Part shown: piece after piece, positions 1-8,212 of the stretch | Position numbering within the stretch: the stretch's first letter is position 1 | How the letters are laid out: the number at the start of each line of letters is the position of its first letter | From: an uncultured Oscillospiraceae bacterium | GTDB taxonomy: Bacteria > Bacillota > Clostridia > Oscillospirales > Oscillospiraceae | Direction of reading: 5' to 3' | DNA: 60,602 nucleotides | Assembly (NCBI GenBank): GCA_947629755.1 | Contig: CANREY010000001.1 | Coordinates: 1 to 60,602, forward strand | Notes under the pieces: generated by a model | The model's database searches: none | What the model was told of the DNA's origin: nothing | Seen by the model: the letters and a program-made list of their open reading frames with translations, nothing else | Program-made: the position numbers and the translations under genes

Positions 1-7
1 GATACCC

Positions 8-2263
8 ATGCCTAAGAAAAAACCTGACGAGAACGTTAAAAAAGTAAATAACCCCAACGTGATGGGGCTCCGCGCGCAGGTGCTGGACCAGGAGATAACG
101 GACACCCTTGAGGTAAACTACATGCCCTACGCCATGTCCGTCATCGTCTCCCGCGCCATACCGGAGATAGACGGCTTCAAGCCCGCCCACAGAAAGCTCC
201 TCTACACCATGTACAAGATGGGCCTTCTCACCGGCGGGAGGACGAAGTCCGCCAACATCGTTGGCCAGACCATGCGGTTAAACCCCCACGGCGACGCGGC
301 CATATATGAGACCATGGTCCGCCTTTCCCGCGGCTATCAGGCCCTTTTGACGCCCTTCGTGGACTCAAAGGGCAACTTCGGCAAGGTATATTCGCGAGAT
401 ATGTCCTACGCCGCCTCCCGGTACACCGAGGCCAAGCTTGCCCCCATATGCGCCGAGCTTTTCCGGGACATCGACTCCGACACCGTGGACTTTGTGGACA
501 ACTACGACGCCACCATGAAGGAGCCCACCCTGCTCCCCACCACCTTCCCCAACGTGCTGGTCTCCGCCAACACGGGCATAGCCGTGGGCATGGCCTCGAA
601 TATCTGCTCCTTCAACTTGGAGGAGGTCTGCCGTACCGAGATAGAGTTCCTGTCGGACCCGGACTGCGACCTTCTCTCCACCCTCCGGGCGCCGGACTTT
701 CCCACCGGGGGAGAGGTCATATACGAGCCTGAGGCCCTCCGGGAGGTCTACGAGACGGGAAGGGGCAGCGTAAAGCTCCGCGCCAGATGGCGGTACGACA
801 AAAAGGAAAACCTCATCGAGATATATGAGATACCCTACACCACCACCGCCGAGGCCATAATGGACAAGGTGGCGGAGCTTGTGAAGACCGGAAAGCTCCG
901 GGAGATCTCCGACATGCGCGACGAGACGGACCTCACGGGCCTTAAGCTCACGGTGGATCTAAAGCGCGGCGTGGACCCGGAGAAGCTGATGGCGAAGCTC
1001 ATGAAGCTGACGCCCCTGCAGGACGCCTTCGCCTGCAACTTCAATATCCTCATCGCCGGCACCCCAAGGGTCATGGGAATACGTGAGATACTCACCGAGT
1101 GGACCGCGTGGAGGGAGGAATCCGTCCGCAGGCGTGTGTTCGCGGACCTTACTAAGAAAAAGGACAGGCTCCACCTTTTGCGGGGCCTTGGGAAGATACT
1201 TCTGGACATCGACAAGGCCATCGCCATAATCCGCGGCACCGAGGAGGAGCGGGAGGTGGTGCCGAACCTGATGATCGGCTTCGGCATCGACGAGATACAG
1301 GCGGAGTTCGTGGCGGAGATAAAGCTTCGCAACATAAATAAGGAGTACATCTTAAAGCGCCTTGAGGACATAGAGAAGCTGGAGGCGGAGATCGCGGACC
1401 TTGAGGACGTGCTCCGCAACCGCCGCCGCGTCAGGACCATCATCAAAAAAGAGCTTGAGAACGTCATAAAAAAGTACGCCGAGCCCCGAAAGACCGGCAT
1501 AGTCTACGCCCACGAGCTCCCGGAGCCTGAGGACGAAGCGCCTGAGGACGACTATCAGGTGACCGTATTCTTCTCCCGCGGCGGGTACCTCAAGAAGATA
1601 ACGCCCCAGTCGCTGCGCATGAGCGGCGAGCAGAAGTATAAGGAGGGCGACGGGCTTCTCACGAGCTTTGAGGCCAAAAACTCCTCGGAGCTTCTCGTTT
1701 TCACCGACAAATACCAGTGCTACAAGACCCGCCTCTCCGACTTCCCCGACGGGAAGGCCTCAAATCTCGGCACCTACGTGCCCACACAGCTCAACATGGA
1801 GGAGGGGGAGAACGCCCTCTACATCTGCGACCCCATGGATTACCGGGGGAGCCTCCTTCTCATGTTTGAAAACGGCAAGGCCGCGAAGATACAGCTTTCT
1901 GGCTTTGAGACAAAGACCAACAGGCGAAAGCTCACCGGCGCTTACTCCGACAAGAGCCCTCTCGTCGGCTTTTTGCCTGTCTACGAGGACTTCGAGGCGG
2001 CGGCCTACACCTCCGACGGCCGGTGCGTGGTGTTCTCCACGGCCCTTATGACGCCCAAGCCCACGAAGAACACCCAGGGCGTGGCGGTGGTCACGTTAAA
2101 GCGCCAGCGGACGGTTACTGAGCTTCACCGGGTGGAGGACACAAGCCTCAAAAACGTCGCCCGCTACCGTGTCCGCTCGATCCCCGCCGCCGGGGCCATA
2201 CTCCGGGACGAGGACCGGGAGGAACAGCAGTTGAGCTTACTGGGCGGTGACGGCGATGAGTAA
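8..2263 (+). CDS. Type IIA DNA topoisomerase subunit A (GyrA/ParC family)
   Basis: 751-aa ORF. YMPYAMSVIVSRAIPEIDGFKPAHRKLLY near the N-terminus and the catalytic-tyrosine segment YAASRYTEAKL are hallmarks of type IIA topoisomerase A subunits. I see no GyrA-box (QRRGGKG-like) in the C-terminal domain, so ParC-like is at least as likely as GyrA. The B subunit would lie upstream, outside the window. Confidence 0.9.
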   Translation: MPKKKPDENVKKVNNPNVMGLRAQVLDQEITDTLEVNYMPYAMSVIVSRAIPEIDGFKPAHRKLLYTMYKMGLLTGGRTKSANIVGQTMRLNPHGDAAIYETMVRLSRGYQALLTPFVDSKGNFGKVYSRDMSYAASRYTEAKLAPICAELFRDIDSDTVDFVDNYDATMKEPTLLPTTFPNVLVSANTGIAVGMASNICSFNLEEVCRTEIEFLSDPDCDLLSTLRAPDFPTGGEVIYEPEALREVYETGRGSVKLRARWRYDKKENLIEIYEIPYTTTAEAIMDKVAELVKTGKLREISDMRDETDLTGLKLTVDLKRGVDPEKLMAKLMKLTPLQDAFACNFNILIAGTPRVMGIREILTEWTAWREESVRRRVFADLTKKKDRLHLLRGLGKILLDIDKAIAIIRGTEEEREVVPNLMIGFGIDEIQAEFVAEIKLRNINKEYILKRLEDIEKLEAEIADLEDVLRNRRRVRTIIKKELENVIKKYAEPRKTGIVYAHELPEPEDEAPEDDYQVTVFFSRGGYLKKITPQSLRMSGEQKYKEGDGLLTSFEAKNSSELLVFTDKYQCYKTRLSDFPDGKASNLGTYVPTQLNMEEGENALYICDPMDYRGSLLLMFENGKAAKIQLSGFETKTNRRKLTGAYSDKSPLVGFLPVYEDFEAAAYTSDGRCVVFSTALMTPKPTKNTQGVAVVTLKRQRTVTELHRVEDTSLKNVARYRVRSIPAAGAILRDEDREEQQLSLLGGDGDE

Positions 2264-3446
2264 GATAAAAAGCCTCGTCGCCGCCGCGGTCCTGATAACT
2301 TTCGCCATCTCCGGCTGCTCAAACTCCTTCGACCGTGAGTGGTCAAGCTCCTCAAAGCACCAGGGCGTGTCCTCCCAAGACCCGGCTGACGCGGAGCTTA
2401 CGCTGGAGGCGGAGGACTACGCCAGCCTCTATGACGATCTCTACACCTTCATCTCAAAGGGCGTGGAGCACGGGGTCGTGCGCATCGCCGGCTACGCCGG
2501 GGACATCGACGCGGACATGGCTCAGGCCGTCCTCACCGTGTCCAACGAGACACCGGAGGGGGCCTACTGCGTCTACTACATGAACTACAACATAACAAGG
2601 CTCGTCTCCGTCCTTGAGGTCAGCGTCTCGGTGATCTACCGCCACTCACGGGCAGAGCTGGACGCCATAGACAGCTGCGCCGGCGGGACAGACATGGAAA
2701 AGCTAATGCTGGACACCCTGAAGGGCCGCCTTGACTTCGTCACCGTCCGCGTCACCGACGAAAACATAAACGAGACGTCCATCAGCGCCGCTATCGAGAA
2801 GGCGTACTACGAAAACCCGGAGGATATTCTGTATATCCCCACCTACACAGTAAATTCCTACCCGGAGGAGGGGAGCGAGAGGATACTTGAGATCTCCTTA
2901 AGCTACCCCTACGCCACCTCCACCGTGGCCACCCGCCACGCCGCCCTTGAGCGCAAGGCCGAGGAGATCGTCGCTATTACCGGCGAGGGCACGGTGAACG
3001 ACAGACTTTTGAGACTGGGCGAGTACATGGACGCCAACGTGACATACGATAACAGCGTTGACGCCTCCGACATCGACGCCCGCCGGTACAGCGCAATGAC
3101 CGCCTACGGGGCGCTGGTGCAGGGGAGTGCCGCAGGGGAGGGCTACGCCATGGCCGTGAAGGTCCTCTGCGACCGTATGGGCGTTGAATGCTATGTGGTC
3201 CGGGGACGGTACAACAACATGGACTACGCGTGGAATACGGTCAGAATGGATAACGGCCAGCTTTACCACCTTGACTTCTCCGTCTTCGACCCCGCCGGGG
3301 CCGTCTTCAAGACCGACGCACAACAGCTTGCCGCAAACTACTGGTGGGACAAGGCCGAGTACCAGCCCTGCCCCGGCCCCTCCCTCTACGGCCCTGAGTT
3401 CGACCCGCCGGTCATCGTGGACCCCTACCCGCCCGTGGGCCCCTGA
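2247..3446 (+). CDS. Lipoprotein with C-terminal transglutaminase-like domain (catalytic Cys and His apparently substituted)
   Basis: 399-aa ORF overlapping the topoisomerase gene end by 17 nt. Signal peptide with lipobox AISG|C. The segment GEGYAMAVKVLCDRMGVECYVVRGRYNNMDYAWNTVRMDNGQLYHLDFS aligns by eye with the transglutaminase-like core (GxCxGYA ... HAWN ... D), but has G for the Cys and Y for the His. Confidence 0.6.
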   Translation: MTAMSKIKSLVAAAVLITFAISGCSNSFDREWSSSSKHQGVSSQDPADAELTLEAEDYASLYDDLYTFISKGVEHGVVRIAGYAGDIDADMAQAVLTVSNETPEGAYCVYYMNYNITRLVSVLEVSVSVIYRHSRAELDAIDSCAGGTDMEKLMLDTLKGRLDFVTVRVTDENINETSISAAIEKAYYENPEDILYIPTYTVNSYPEEGSERILEISLSYPYATSTVATRHAALERKAEEIVAITGEGTVNDRLLRLGEYMDANVTYDNSVDASDIDARRYSAMTAYGALVQGSAAGEGYAMAVKVLCDRMGVECYVVRGRYNNMDYAWNTVRMDNGQLYHLDFSVFDPAGAVFKTDAQQLAANYWWDKAEYQPCPGPSLYGPEFDPPVIVDPYPPVGP

Positions 3447-3522
3447 GCACATTCGGAGAAAAATTCAAATTTTTGCTTGACAAAGCCGGAATGAGCGTTT
3501 ATAATAGGTCACGCTTTCAAGC

Positions 3523-3598
3523 GCGGCCTTAGCTCATCTGGTAGAGCGCCACCTTGCCAAGGTGGAGGTAGCGAGTTCGAGCCTCGTAGGCCGCTCCA
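3523..3598 (+). tRNA. tRNA-Gly (anticodon GCC)
   Basis: 76 nt. Acceptor stem GCGGCCT/AGGCCGC, D arm AGCTCATCTGGTAGAGC, anticodon stem-loop CCACC-TTGCCAA-GGTGG, T arm GCGAG-TTCGAGC-CTCGT, discriminator T and encoded CCA. Confidence 0.88.
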
Positions 3599-3600
3599 GC

Positions 3601-3637
3601 ACAAAAAATCCCGTCCGTCAGGACGGGATTTTTTTGT
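3601..3637 (+). terminator. Intrinsic terminator after tRNA-Gly(GCC)
   Basis: AAAAAATCCCGTCC-GTCA-GGACGGGATTTTTTT: a perfect GC-rich stem with an A-run before and a T-run after (bidirectional shape). Confidence 0.75.
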
Positions 3638-3640
3638 GCT

Positions 3641-3958
3641 GGAGCGTACGGCCTTTGCCGGAGGCAAAGGCCGCCCCGCCGCAAACGCGGCGGGGTTTTA
3701 TTTTGACGTGAAGGAAACCCCTGATGGGTTTCCTCCACAGCTCTTTCCTTTCCGATTATTTCGGCAAACCCCTTGATCCAATCAATTTTCGCGGCGACAT
3801 GCGCGTCGCGAAAATTACCTCTTGTTTTGCGGAGTGTACGGCCCTTCGGGCCGTGCGCGTAGCAAAACGGCAGGAATAAATTTTTTGAATTTCGCAAAAT
3901 TCAAAAAATTTATTCCTCTCGCCCCCATTGCATCAAAAGGCTTCGCCTTTTGATGCAA
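3641..3958 (-). repeat. Multi-hairpin intergenic element, copy A (reverse orientation)
   Basis: Core H4 (3784-3816, AATTTTCGCGGCGACATGCGCGTCGCGAAAATT) and H3 (3824-3868, GTTTTGCGGAGTGTACGGCCCTTCGGGCCGTGCGCGTAGCAAAAC) are near-identical to copies at 38356-38440 and 34788-34878, and to the reverse complement of 5529-5613. The H2 and H1 positions (3875-3914, 3928-3958) hold different perfect hairpins. Confidence 0.8.
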
Positions 3959-3987
3959 AAAAATTGCGGCCCGCGGGCCGCAATTTT
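3957..3987 (-). terminator. Intrinsic terminator after tRNA-Gly(CCC)
   Basis: AAAAATTGCGGCCCGCGGGCCGCAATTTTT palindrome immediately downstream (minus strand) of the tRNA 3' end. Confidence 0.7.
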
Positions 3988-4061
3988 TGGAGCAGATAAT
4001 GGGAATCGAACCCACCTCTACGGCTTGGGAAGCCGTCGTTCTACCGATGAACTATATCTGC
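3988..4061 (-). tRNA. tRNA-Gly (anticodon CCC)
   Basis: Reverse complement reads GCAGATATAGTTCATCGGTAGAACGACGGCTTCCCAAGCCGTAGAGGTGGGTTCGATTCCCATTATCTGCTCCA (74 nt). Acceptor GCAGATA/TATCTGC, anticodon loop TTCCCAA, T loop TTCGATT, encoded CCA. Confidence 0.85.
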
Positions 4062-4158
4062 ATCGTCTCTACTATAACACATGGCGGAGAAAATTTCAAG
4101 AGGAATATTTAAAACTTGACCACATATTCTTTTGTAGCGTGAAAAGGAGGGACGTGTT

Positions 4159-5370
4159 ATGAGAAAATTGGCACTCGCGCTGGCGCTGGCTCTTACGCTG
4201 TCGACTACGGCGCTGGCGGCGGACACGGTCATGGAGCAGGAGACTGACGAGGAGGTACCGGAGAGCGTATTTGACGACTCCGTCATATCCACCAGCGCCG
4301 ACGGGCTGGAGGTACCCGCGCCCTCGGCCATACTCATGGAGAAGGAGACGGGGACGGTGCTCTGGGAGAAAAATGCCGACGAGCGCTTAAGGCCCGCCTC
4401 CGTGACTAAGGTCATGACCATACTGCTCATCGTCGAGGCCGTGGACAGGGGGGAGCTGAAGCTCTCCGACACCGTGACATGCTCGGCCCACGCCGCCGGA
4501 ATGGGCGGGAGCCAGGTGTTTTTGGAGGAGGGGGAGCAGATGACCCTCCAGGAGATGCTCAAGTGCATCGTGGTGGCCTCCGCCAATGACGCCGCCTGCG
4601 CGGTGGCGGAGCATATGGCGGGCTCAGAACAGGCGTTCGTGGCCAGAATGAACGACAGGGCGCGGGAGCTGGGCATGGCCAACACAAATTTCACGAACTG
4701 CACCGGCCTCATGGACGACCCGGAGCACCTGACCACAGCCCGCGACATCGCCATAATGAGCCGGGAGCTCATACGCCACGACTGGATAAAGGAGTACACC
4801 ACCATATGGCTGGATACCATAAGAAACGGGGAATTTGGCATCTCCAACACAAATAAGCTCATCAGGTTTTACGACGGGGCCACGGGCCTCAAGACGGGCT
4901 ACACCTCCTCAGCCGGCCACTGCCTGGCGGCCACGGCCCAGCGCGACGGGGTGGAGTACATCGCCGTGGTGCTCCACTGCGCCTCCAGCTCCGACAGGTT
5001 TGAGAGCGCCAAGACACTTTTAAGCTACGCCTTCGGGGCCTACACCGTGGCGTCGCCCACCCCCAATGAGGTCCTGCCGCCAATACCCGTAAAGCTTGGG
5101 AAGGTCCACAACGTCCAGCCGGTCTTAAGTCAGGAGCCAAAGCTCTTAGTCAAAAAATCCGACGCCGGGAGCCTTGAGGTCACCGTAGATATGGCCCCGG
5201 AGCTCACCGCCCCGGTGGAGGCGGGAGCGGAGGTGGGCGTCATGACGGTCACCCTCGGCGGTAAGACCCTCTCCGAGACCCCCATAATCGCCGGCGACAG
5301 CGTGGAGCGCCTCACATGGTGGGACGTGACGAAATCGATTCTCAACCTGACCATCTACGGTGAGAGATGA
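4159..5370 (+). CDS. D-alanyl-D-alanine carboxypeptidase (serine-type, PBP5/6 family)
   Basis: 403 aa with a signal peptide. Active-site triad motifs are SVTK (SxxK), SAN (SxN) and KTG. RBS AAAGGAGGG lies upstream of the ATG. Confidence 0.88.
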   Translation: MRKLALALALALTLSTTALAADTVMEQETDEEVPESVFDDSVISTSADGLEVPAPSAILMEKETGTVLWEKNADERLRPASVTKVMTILLIVEAVDRGELKLSDTVTCSAHAAGMGGSQVFLEEGEQMTLQEMLKCIVVASANDAACAVAEHMAGSEQAFVARMNDRARELGMANTNFTNCTGLMDDPEHLTTARDIAIMSRELIRHDWIKEYTTIWLDTIRNGEFGISNTNKLIRFYDGATGLKTGYTSSAGHCLAATAQRDGVEYIAVVLHCASSSDRFESAKTLLSYAFGAYTVASPTPNEVLPPIPVKLGKVHNVQPVLSQEPKLLVKKSDAGSLEVTVDMAPELTAPVEAGAEVGVMTVTLGGKTLSETPIIAGDSVERLTWWDVTKSILNLTIYGER

Positions 5371-5409
5371 CCCACCAAAAGGGTCGCGCCCTCGGCGCCA
5401 ACCAAAAAA

Positions 5410-5678
5410 GCGGACGCCCTCGCGTCCGCTTGCCTGTCGGAAAAGGCCTGCGGCCTTTTCCGACAACGGGGAACGTGCGGAAAAATTTGCGAAAAGGTCT
5501 GCGGACCTATTCGCAAATTTTTCCTGCCGTTTTGCTCCGCGCACGGCCCGTAGGGCCGTACACTCCGCAAAACAAAAGGTATTTTTCGCAAGGCGCATGT
5601 CCTTGCGAAAAAAATTTGATTTGGGGTACGTTTAACAGGGGCTTGTCAACAGTCTGAAGCGGACGCCCTCGCGTCCGC
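5410..5678 (+). repeat. Multi-hairpin intergenic element, copy B, with flanking duplicated terminator hairpin
   Basis: GCGGACGCCCTCGCGTCCGC occurs at 5410-5429 and again at 5659-5678. The 229 bp between them comprises H1 5436-5464, H2 5483-5520, H3 5529-5573, H4 5582-5613 and the terminal CTTGTCAACAGTC at 5642-5654. Confidence 0.85.
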
Positions 5679-5700
5679 TTTACTATTCTTATATAACACC

Positions 5701-6405
5701 TTACACCGCGAATCCCCCGTCTACGCTCAATACCTGCCCGGTGATGAACGACGCACTGTCGGAGCATAGAAACGTGACGGCGTTTGCCACGTCCTCCGCC
5801 GTGCCAAGGCGTGTGAGGGGCGTGTCGTCCACGAGGGAGGACAGCGTGTCAGGGGAGAGGGCGGAGTTCATATCGGTGTCGATGACGCCGGGGGCCACGC
5901 AGTTTACGGTGATGTTTGAGGGCCCCAGCTCCTTGGCGAGGGCCTTTGTAAGGCCGATGAGGGCGGCCTTGCTGGCGGAGTACGCCACCTCACAGCTCGC
6001 GCCACGAATGCCCCACATGGAGCTTATTATGACTATCCTGCCCCATTTTTCGTGGATCATATGTGGGAGGGCGGCGTGTATGAGGTTGTAGGCTCCGTCC
6101 ACGTTCACGGAGAAAACGCGCCGCCAGTCGTCAAAGCTCGTGTCGGTAAAGAGCTTCTGCATGGCGATACCGGCGTTGACGACAAGAATGTCAATGCTTC
6201 CGGCGACGCCGAACATATCCCTGACGGCCTCCGGGTCCGATACGTCAGCCCTGACCGCCGCGCCGCCGATGTCGCTTGCCAGCTTCTCCGCCGCCTCACG
6301 GCTTTTACGGTAGTTTACGATCACGCTGTGTCCCGCGTCCGCAAGGGCCTTCGCGCAGGCCGCGCCAATACCGCGGGAGGCGCCGGAGACAAGGGCTTTT
6401 TTCAT
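5701..6405 (-). CDS. SDR-family oxidoreductase (3-oxoacyl-ACP reductase FabG-like)
   Basis: SGASRGIGAA cofactor motif and YSASK (YxxxK) catalytic motif. Start moved to the ATG of MKKALVSG, which is preceded by GAGGTG. Confidence 0.85.
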   Translation of the reverse strand: MKKALVSGASRGIGAACAKALADAGHSVIVNYRKSREAAEKLASDIGGAAVRADVSDPEAVRDMFGVAGSIDILVVNAGIAMQKLFTDTSFDDWRRVFSVNVDGAYNLIHAALPHMIHEKWGRIVIISSMWGIRGASCEVAYSASKAALIGLTKALAKELGPSNITVNCVAPGVIDTDMNSALSPDTLSSLVDDTPLTRLGTAEDVANAVTFLCSDSASFITGQVLSVDGGFAV

Positions 6406-6415
6406 ATCCCGCACC

Positions 6416-6751
6416 TCACATTATGCCTGCCCACTTCAAAATGAGCAGTACGGCCACGCCGGGAACGCCGAAAACTCCGGTGACCACGGCGTTTTGCCAG
6501 TTCACGGCAAGGGCGATGCCGAAGTCCGCGCCCAGCTTGTTTATCAAAATAAGCGCCACGAAGCCCACGGCGGTATTTATGAGTATCTTGAATACGAACC
6601 GTATGGGCTTTGTGAAGATGAATACGGCGATGAGCACCAGCACGATAAGGGCTATCGCCGCCACCTTCGGGTCCAGACCCGTGGCGGCGCTGACCTCGTC
6701 GATTATCTCCCCGGCCTTGTTCTCAAAATCCGTCAACGTCTCGGTAAGCAT
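6416..6751 (-). CDS. bofA: Pro-sigmaK processing inhibitor BofA family protein
   Basis: C-terminal KPIRFVFKILINTAVGFVALILINKLGADFGIALAVNWQNAVVTGVFGVPGVAVLLILKW aligns residue-for-residue by eye with B. subtilis BofA (KPLKWIG...GIPGIAALVVIKQF). Start at MLTETL is preceded by GGAGG. Confidence 0.72.
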   Translation of the reverse strand: MLTETLTDFENKAGEIIDEVSAATGLDPKVAAIALIVLVLIAVFIFTKPIRFVFKILINTAVGFVALILINKLGADFGIALAVNWQNAVVTGVFGVPGVAVLLILKWAGIM

Positions 6752-6815
6752 GGGATACCTCCTGAAAAAACTTTGACTATTATAAACCATATTAACGAAA
6801 AAGGCAAATTATTTA

Positions 6816-6843
6816 TTGACATTCAGGCGGTATTTGATATAGT
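6816..6843 (+). promoter_or_regulatory. Sigma-A-type promoter upstream of folC
   Basis: TTGACA (6816-6821), 16-nt spacer, TATAGT (6838-6843). Confidence 0.5.
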
Positions 6844-6863
6844 TTACCTGTAAAAAGGAGGCG

Positions 6864-8123
6864 GTGAGCTTGGAATACGATGAGGCGCTGGCCTTTATCC
6901 ACTCAAGACGCCACGGCGGCCCGGACCTTGAGAGAATGAGAGTTATTCTCGACCGTCTCGGCGCGCCGGACAGGGAGCTTAAATTCGTCCACGTGGCCGG
7001 GACCAACGGCAAGGGCTCCGTGTGCGCCTATATGGCGAATATTTTAAGGTGCTCCGGCTACAAGACCGGGCTTTTCACCTCGCCCTTCGTCCGCAGATTT
7101 AACGAGCGGATCGAGATAAACGGCGAGGACATACCGGATACTGAGCTCGCCAGCGTCACGGAGACAGTCCGCGCCGTCCTCGGCGAGTTTGAGGATAAGG
7201 TGGCGGAGTTTGAGCTCGTGACGCTTATCGGGCTTACCTATTTTGCCCAAAAGCGGTGCGATATAGTTGTCCTTGAGGTGGGCATGGGCGGCGTACACGA
7301 CGCCACCAACGTCATCGAGCACAGCGAGGTCTCCGTCATGACGGCCATCGGCCTTGACCACACGCAGTATCTCGGAAACACCGTGGAGGAGATAGCCAAG
7401 GTGAAGGCCGGGATAATCAAGGATAACGGCCGGTGCGTGGCGTACACCGATCCGGTTGGGGTCATTGAAAAGACCTGCCGTGAGCGCAATGCCGTATTCA
7501 CGGCCCTCGACCTTGACGCGCTTTGCGTAAAAAGCGCGGGACTTTCCGGCACATGCTTTGATTTTGGCTCCCTCACCGGCCTCAAAACGCCCCTCCTCGG
7601 CTCCCACCAGCCAAAAAACGCGGCCTTGGCCCTGACGGCGGTGGAGACGCTGAAAAAGCGGGGCTGGGATATAACCGACGAGAGCCTTCGCCGGGGAGTC
7701 GCCACGGTCGTCTGGCCGGGGAGATTTGAGCTTTTGCGGACACGCCCCAACGTCATAATCGACGGCGGCCACAATCCACAGGCGGTGGAGGCGGCGGTCG
7801 GGGGCCTTGATGAGTATTTTCCCGGAGAAAAGGCCGTCTTCGTCCTCGGCGTCATGGCTGACAAGGACGTGGAGGGCATAATTGAAAGGCTTGCCCCCGT
7901 GGCCGAGAGCTTCATATGCGTGGAGCCCCCGGCCCCACGGGCCCTTAAAAATACGCTTTTGGCGAAGATGCTGACTGACCGCGGACTTGCGGCCGAGACG
8001 GCCGACAGCGTCGCCGGCGGTGTCGCCGCCGCCGTGAAGCTTGCGGGGGAGGGCGGCACAGTCTGCGTGCTGGGCTCCCTATACATACTTGAGGAGGCCA
8101 GAGCGGCGGCGCTTTCAACGTGA
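6864..8123 (+). CDS. folC: Bifunctional folylpolyglutamate synthase / dihydrofolate synthase
   Basis: 419 aa with a GTG start after AAAGGAGG. Mur-ligase P-loop VHVAGTNGKGS. Overall FolC-like layout (DGGHNP motif). Confidence 0.88.
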   Translation: MSLEYDEALAFIHSRRHGGPDLERMRVILDRLGAPDRELKFVHVAGTNGKGSVCAYMANILRCSGYKTGLFTSPFVRRFNERIEINGEDIPDTELASVTETVRAVLGEFEDKVAEFELVTLIGLTYFAQKRCDIVVLEVGMGGVHDATNVIEHSEVSVMTAIGLDHTQYLGNTVEEIAKVKAGIIKDNGRCVAYTDPVGVIEKTCRERNAVFTALDLDALCVKSAGLSGTCFDFGSLTGLKTPLLGSHQPKNAALALTAVETLKKRGWDITDESLRRGVATVVWPGRFELLRTRPNVIIDGGHNPQAVEAAVGGLDEYFPGEKAVFVLGVMADKDVEGIIERLAPVAESFICVEPPAPRALKNTLLAKMLTDRGLAAETADSVAGGVAAAVKLAGEGGTVCVLGSLYILEEARAAALST

Positions 8124-8183
8124 TTTGGTCAAAAACGCCCACTCACGGCCCTCACGCGGGCAAAAAAACGGTATTACAATGGC

Positions 8184-8212
8184 TTGCATTGTGGTAAAGT
8201 ATAAGATATAAT
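8184..8212 (+). promoter_or_regulatory. Sigma-A-type promoter of pyrG with ~145-nt leader
   Basis: TTGCAT (8184-8189), 17-nt spacer, TATAAT (8207-8212). It is followed by a leader containing the stem CCAACGGTG...CACCGTTGG. Confidence 0.55.

Noticed and set aside
3523-4158. Integrated mobile element or genomic island using a tRNA-Gly gene as attachment site.
   Set aside because: There is no integrase, no duplicated tRNA 3' segment and no compositional break in the flanking genes. The flanking genes are ordinary envelope and housekeeping functions.
5360-5635. Short ORFs inside the hairpin elements that share peptide similarity: 5360..5635 (+), 38291..38518 (-) and 34698..34919 (-), all containing ...F(S/F)CRFAPR(T/M)A(R/Q)RA(V/I)HSAKQ....
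   Set aside because: The similarity is a by-product of nucleotide identity. ORFs exist on both strands because the DNA is palindromic. Copies differ by indels and whole-stem swaps that break the frames. None has an RBS.
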